This document shows positions 59,182 to 64,000 of a stretch of DNA of 64,000 nucleotides, one piece after another. The notes under the pieces are model-generated. The model was not told where the DNA came from. It saw nothing but the letters and a program-made list of their open reading frames with translations, and did no database searches. This DNA comes from a virus. Each line of letters opens with the position of its first letter. The stretch's first letter is position 1. The translations under genes were made by a program, and so were the position numbers. Location of the stretch: the IMG/VR virus record IMGVR_UViG_3300035180_002574, positions 1-64,000 of that record, one strand, 5' to 3'.

Positions 59182-60495
59182 TTATAAAATTTCCGCCGCC
59201 CTGGATGCTAGTCTGCTGCGCTCGCCCTGCACGAATGTTATATGACCCGCCAATTCGGAATCTTTAAACTTCTCGATAATATAGGTTAAGCCGTTGTTGG
59301 TTGCATCCAATTCGGAATTATCAATCTGCTCTATATCACCTGTAAGTATGATTTTTGAGCCCTCGCCTGCACGAGTTAAAATAGTTTTTACTTCTTCTTT
59401 GGTTAAATTCTGGCATTCATCAACCAAAATAATAGAATTTGTAATGCTCCTACCACGAATATACGTAATGGCTTCCATTTCTAATTGACCTTTTCTTTGA
59501 AACATTTCTAAACTTTGGCGCCAATTGTTTGAGCCCCTTTTGTCATTTGCCCCCAGCAAAAACTCAAAATTGTCCAAAATAGCTTGGAACCAAGGTCCAA
59601 GCTTCTCTTCCATTGTACCCGGAAGATAACCTATATCGTTACCAACTGGCTGTATTGGACGATAGATGACGAATTTGTTAAATTTCTTCTGATTAACCAC
59701 CATATCAAGGGCGGCAGCCAAAGTAATAAGGCTCTTGCCAGTTCCGGCTTTACCTATTAAAGTCACCAGATCTACGCCTTTATCCATAATCAAATCTATT
59801 GCAAAAGCCTGCTCTTTATTTTTGGCAGAAATGCCCCAAGGAAAATTCTTCTTAATAAGTTTTATCTTATCAAAATTAACTTTTCTTCCCATAGCAATAC
59901 CATTACCATCTTGGTCTTCAAACAAGACACACTCATGCGGATTTAGATCTAATCTAAATAATCTTGGGTCAATGCTTCCATTTTGTTGTAATTCTAATCC
60001 AGCATCCGGATCAGTAACTATTTGAATTCCGGCATATAAATCGGTGGCATGAAAATTTTGACTAATGTGTGCAATCGCATTAATTTCGCGAGACTTCGCT
60101 TTTACACGCAAATTAATATCGTTACTTACAAGAGTAACGTTACCTTGCTCCATATGATGGATTAAAGCACAATACAAAATTTGTGTATCACCGTAATTTG
60201 GATTTCCAAATCCATAAAATGAATGTAAAAATGGATCATAATAGGTTGCATCCACCTTCAATGATACGCCGTTGTCTAGCGAAATGCCTGTACTAATATT
60301 ACCCTGAGCACTAATATCATCAAGTAGGCGAATGGCAGCTCGCGCCCCCTTTCCAGATTCACTGGCAAGTTTTTTCAAATTATCCAATTCATTTAATACT
60401 GCTACTGGAATAATTACATCACTGTTATGATATTGATTGTATGCATTAGGATCACTGACCAAAACCGAAGTATCTAAAATGTATGTTTTACGCAT
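59182..60495 (-). CDS. phoH: PIN + PhoH-family ATPase
   Basis: ILDTSVL (PIN), GKAGTGKS, RGRSI, VDECQN, GDIEQID. Confidence 0.93.
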   Translation of the reverse strand: MRKTYILDTSVLVSDPNAYNQYHNSDVIIPVAVLNELDNLKKLASESGKGARAAIRLLDDISAQGNISTGISLDNGVSLKVDATYYDPFLHSFYGFGNPNYGDTQILYCALIHHMEQGNVTLVSNDINLRVKAKSREINAIAHISQNFHATDLYAGIQIVTDPDAGLELQQNGSIDPRLFRLDLNPHECVLFEDQDGNGIAMGRKVNFDKIKLIKKNFPWGISAKNKEQAFAIDLIMDKGVDLVTLIGKAGTGKSLITLAAALDMVVNQKKFNKFVIYRPIQPVGNDIGYLPGTMEEKLGPWFQAILDNFEFLLGANDKRGSNNWRQSLEMFQRKGQLEMEAITYIRGRSITNSIILVDECQNLTKEEVKTILTRAGEGSKIILTGDIEQIDNSELDATNNGLTYIIEKFKDSELAGHITFVQGERSRLASRAAEIL

Positions 60496-60497
60496 AT

Positions 60498-60869
60498 TTA
60501 TTGTTGTTCCGTTTCCTCAAAAAGCGACCAACAGTTGACTTCCATTTCAATAAAAAGTTGTTTTCTGGGATCTCGTTGTCTCAGATCCCTTTTGATTTTG
60601 TAATTACATTTATGCCACTCTCCAACAAGCTCGTCCTCAACATATACTTGCATGTGCCCGTCCAAATCGTCTATAACTTGGACGCTGTATGTCAGAAGGA
60701 TCTCGCGTAACTTTATTTTTTCCTGAATAGACAAAAGACCATCTGAGGTCCAGAACTCAGTTACTGGAACGCCCATTTGGTCTAATAATTCCTTTAGAAA
60801 TCTATGCCTTTCGATCTCGGCTTCACGCCTCACGTCAGCATCGTAATTCAGTAGAATTGTGCCTTTCAT
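60498..60869 (-). CDS. Hypothetical protein
   Basis: ORF track. Confidence 0.7.
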   Translation of the reverse strand: MKGTILLNYDADVRREAEIERHRFLKELLDQMGVPVTEFWTSDGLLSIQEKIKLREILLTYSVQVIDDLDGHMQVYVEDELVGEWHKCNYKIKRDLRQRDPRKQLFIEMEVNCWSLFEETEQQ

Positions 60870-60887
60870 CTCATATACTATGTCAAG

Positions 60888-63413
60888 TTATCCGCATTTG
60901 GAGTACGTACAATCTGGCGCAATGCATTTTGTACAATGTTCGTAATAAATTATTGAATTTTCCGCACCACACTCTGGACATTTTTTTTCTGAAGTGACCT
61001 TCACACCATCTTTTATATACGACTTTAAAACTCTAGCAATAATTTTAGAAAAAGAGGTAATTTCTGCATATTGATCTTTGGTTAGTTGTTCGACAATAAA
61101 TTCAATCGGTACGCCATGTCTCAAACTCAAAGAAATCATTCTTGTGAATGCTCCATGACTTTTGTTTTCAAAAATGTTGGCAATATCCTTGATCATCATT
61201 TGGTCGTCACCCTCCCCAACTGATAAGTTATAAGAGGTAATTCCATCGGCATTCTTCCCGTTTTTGATAATCTTTCCGGTTTTATATTTGTTTGGAATAT
61301 CTACATATTTAGATAATCCTCCGAAAATTTCGTACGGACGCCCATTAAATAGACCCACAAATAATGTCCAAGCTTCACCATTAATTTTTGCTTTTTTTAT
61401 CTCGCACGCAAGCTCCGCGGGACGTTTTGGTGCCATTACACCAACAATCTCGTCTGGTCTTCCATCAGCAGTTGTAGTAACTTTCTTGGCAGCATCTTGA
61501 CTAACCAAAACTCCCGTTCTACATCCGTCACGATAAACTGTAAATCCTTTACAGCCAGATTCCCATGCCCTCATATAAACTTGAGAAACAACGTCTTTAC
61601 TTACATTAGATGGTAGGTTGCACGTTTTACTAATGCTATGGTCAACTGATTTTTGAGCAGCTGCCTGCAAATCCACCGAGGCAACCCAATCAATTTCATT
61701 AGATGTAGCTCCCCAATATGGTGATTTAGTAATGTCGGTTTCGCCAGTTATTTCCATCCACTTCTTAACACCATGATGATAAATAGTAAATTCTTGCCAC
61801 TTATCACCAAGCGCATCTATAAAATCTACTCTGGCATCTTTATCAGATGGGTTAATCTTCTTTCTACGAACATAAGAAAGGAGATATGCCGGCTCAATTC
61901 CAGAAGTAGTTTGAGTAAGCGTGGAGACAGATCCAGTTGGAGCGGTTGTAGTGAGCGCGATATTGCGACGCCCAGTTTTTTCCCACATATCCATAACTGT
62001 TTTACCGGCATCTTTTATAATACTGCTAAGGTATTCATGATTTTTCTCTTTAGCAAAAGAGAAAATAGGGAAAGCACCTCGTTCTTTTGCCATAATACAA
62101 GAAGATGTATGAGCTCCAACAGCTAATGCACGATAGATTTCGCCAGTCTTACTTATAGATTCTTCTGATCCATATTTGATATTCAATGCTGCTAAAGCAT
62201 CTCCTAAAGCAGTAATACCTAAACCAGTGCGGCGCCCGCTGACATTCATGGCACGAATTTTATTCCACAAATTCAACTCAACCGCCTTCACCTCTTCTGG
62301 CTCTTTGTCGGCTTTAACTTTAGCAATGATCTTATCAATAGATTCAATTTCTAAATCAATAACATCATCCATTAATCTTTGAGCAATAATTGTGTGTTCT
62401 TTGAACAGTTCAAAATCAAAATATGCATCTTTGGTAAATGGATTTTTGACGTATGATAATAAATTCAATACTAATAGGCGGCACGCGTCATATGCTGGTA
62501 GAATAATTTCTCCACAAGGATTAGTAGATACTGAGTTGTGACCTTCCTCAGCATAAATATCTGAAGGAGTATTCTTTTTAACATTGTCCCAAAATAAAAG
62601 ACCTGGCTCTGCTGCAGACCAAGCAGCATCTATTATCATATCCCAAATTTCTTTAGCCTTTACTGTCTTTACAACTTTCGCTTCTTCTAAAGATAAATGA
62701 GCTGGCCAGCGCAAAGTATATTCGGAATCATTTTTAACCGCCATCATAAATTCATCAGTTAATCTGATTGAAATATTGGCACCAGTTACTTTGGTGAGAT
62801 CGCGTTTGATCTTAATAAACGTTTCGATCTCTGGATGATTTACAGAGATCGTTATCATTTCAGCGCCACGGCGCCCATTTTGGGCAACCTCTCTACAGGT
62901 ATTGCTAAATCTTTCCATGAACACAGCAATGCCGTCGGTGGTTTTTGCAGCGTTATTAGTGATAACGTTTTTAGGACGAATACCGGAAATATCTAATCCA
63001 CAACCGCCGCGACGCTTCATAATTTGAGCAAGTTCTTGATCTGCAAGCATAATTCCGCCATAAGAATCAAACTCATCAGAATGAACTCCTTGAATTACGA
63101 AGCAATTGGAGAGGCTTTGCAATTGATATGGATTACCAATTGCAGACATAGGGCTGCCTTGTGGAACTATATATTGAAAGTTTTTAATCAAACCAAATAT
63201 CTTCGATTCCGTAAGTGGATTCGGATATTTCTTTTCAATACGTGCAAATTCTTTTGCGAGACGATGATGCATATCATCAGGTGTTAACTCTAAGAAAACT
63301 CCCTGTTGATTTTGTAGCGCATACTTATCTACGAAAACTTTCGCAGCAAACTCATCTCCACCAAAATACTTTGTCGATGCCTCTAAAACCTGAGAATAAG
63401 TGTATCCCTTCAT
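60888..63413 (-). CDS. nrdJ: Class II (adenosylcobalamin) ribonucleotide reductase
   Basis: SNCF, TNPCGE, TTAPTGS, KG.TVYRDG; no ATP cone; C-terminal TSCPD/zinc-ribbon cysteines; no nrdB in the window. Confidence 0.9.
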   Translation of the reverse strand: MKGYTYSQVLEASTKYFGGDEFAAKVFVDKYALQNQQGVFLELTPDDMHHRLAKEFARIEKKYPNPLTESKIFGLIKNFQYIVPQGSPMSAIGNPYQLQSLSNCFVIQGVHSDEFDSYGGIMLADQELAQIMKRRGGCGLDISGIRPKNVITNNAAKTTDGIAVFMERFSNTCREVAQNGRRGAEMITISVNHPEIETFIKIKRDLTKVTGANISIRLTDEFMMAVKNDSEYTLRWPAHLSLEEAKVVKTVKAKEIWDMIIDAAWSAAEPGLLFWDNVKKNTPSDIYAEEGHNSVSTNPCGEIILPAYDACRLLVLNLLSYVKNPFTKDAYFDFELFKEHTIIAQRLMDDVIDLEIESIDKIIAKVKADKEPEEVKAVELNLWNKIRAMNVSGRRTGLGITALGDALAALNIKYGSEESISKTGEIYRALAVGAHTSSCIMAKERGAFPIFSFAKEKNHEYLSSIIKDAGKTVMDMWEKTGRRNIALTTTAPTGSVSTLTQTTSGIEPAYLLSYVRRKKINPSDKDARVDFIDALGDKWQEFTIYHHGVKKWMEITGETDITKSPYWGATSNEIDWVASVDLQAAAQKSVDHSISKTCNLPSNVSKDVVSQVYMRAWESGCKGFTVYRDGCRTGVLVSQDAAKKVTTTADGRPDEIVGVMAPKRPAELACEIKKAKINGEAWTLFVGLFNGRPYEIFGGLSKYVDIPNKYKTGKIIKNGKNADGITSYNLSVGEGDDQMMIKDIANIFENKSHGAFTRMISLSLRHGVPIEFIVEQLTKDQYAEITSFSKIIARVLKSYIKDGVKVTSEKKCPECGAENSIIYYEHCTKCIAPDCTYSKCG

Positions 63414-63456
63414 AATTCACCCATGAGAATTAAGTCCTGTACTTAAGATAAAATGT

Positions 63457-64000
63457 TTATATTTTAATGTGATCTTTCATTAATGAAAGGGCACTATTAA
63501 TAACCTTCACGCAATGAGGTCTCGATATGTTTAGCTTCTTACAGATTTTGTTTATGGACATCGGTTTGTCACCATCAAACCCATAAGCTAATTCAATAAT
63601 TTCTTTCTGCTCATCAGAAAGTAAAGCAGTTACGTTTTGTATTGCCGCATTAACTTGCACATCTTCCAATTCGAGATCAGGGCAATGCCTCTCCTCAATC
63701 AAAGTGGGCATAACTGCTTCTTTATGTGGAGCGTTATTTTTTGCCACTTTTAATGGATATCTAATTGTTGTATGTAAATTGGCACTTCTAGAGATTCTCG
63801 TATCAATATACTTGTGAGCCCACCAGAAGAAAGACCCCTTCTTTGGGTTGTAGTTTGCCATAGCCTTAATAAGGGCTTCAAAGCCCTCTTGATTCAAGTC
63901 GTCATAGTTAGAGAAGGCTTTATAACGACCAGTCTTCATACTTACTAGGTATTTGAATTTTTCAATGCACAACTGTTCGTGTTTCTTTAATTCAAGCGCA
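63457..64000 (-). CDS. sigma70-family RNA polymerase sigma factor, 5' end outside the window
   Basis: Region 2 DDLNQEGFEALIKA..Y...KG.F..WA; region 4 LSDEQKEII..AYG....MSI.KI...LNISR. Confidence 0.88.
   Translation of the reverse strand, partial: ALELKKHEQLCIEKFKYLVSMKTGRYKAFSNYDDLNQEGFEALIKAMANYNPKKGSFFWWAHKYIDTRISRSANLHTTIRYPLKVAKNNAPHKEAVMPTLIEERHCPDLELEDVQVNAAIQNVTALLSDEQKEIIELAYGFDGDKPMSINKICKKLNISRPHCVKVINSALSLMKDHIKI

Overview
This window looks like part of a large (jumbo-type) tailed phage genome in two compositionally distinct parts. (1) About 1-13.5 kb is GC-richer (roughly 50% rising to over 60%, estimated by eye) and holds small, almost all minus-strand genes. It is organised by seven GG-N10-GC sigma54-type promoters sharing the extended -12 element TGCTAATA, about 24 co-oriented copies of the 14-mer CCATCGATCGACAA at gene junctions and leaders, TACA/TGTA dyad boxes, hairpins, and three tRNA-like RNAs with a shared acceptor stem and broken anticodon arms. 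(2) About 13.6-64 kb is AT-rich (about 30%). It begins with an array of 20 or more intact and decayed paralogues with an N-terminal CxxC and a conserved C-terminal K-x-K-x-(Y/L)-x-x-F-(S/L) tail. It also carries RF2, IF-1, MetAP, a kinase, a SET-domain protein, nucleotide-metabolism genes (dut, HD, IMPDH/GMPR, thyA, folA, nrdJ), PhoH, a sigma70-family factor, a fibre/collagen-like cluster with a GT2-TPR glycosyltransferase, a frameshifted IS200/IS605 (tnpA+tnpB) element with recognisable ends, and a decayed LAGLIDADG endonuclease. All calls come from reading motifs by eye; no searches were run.
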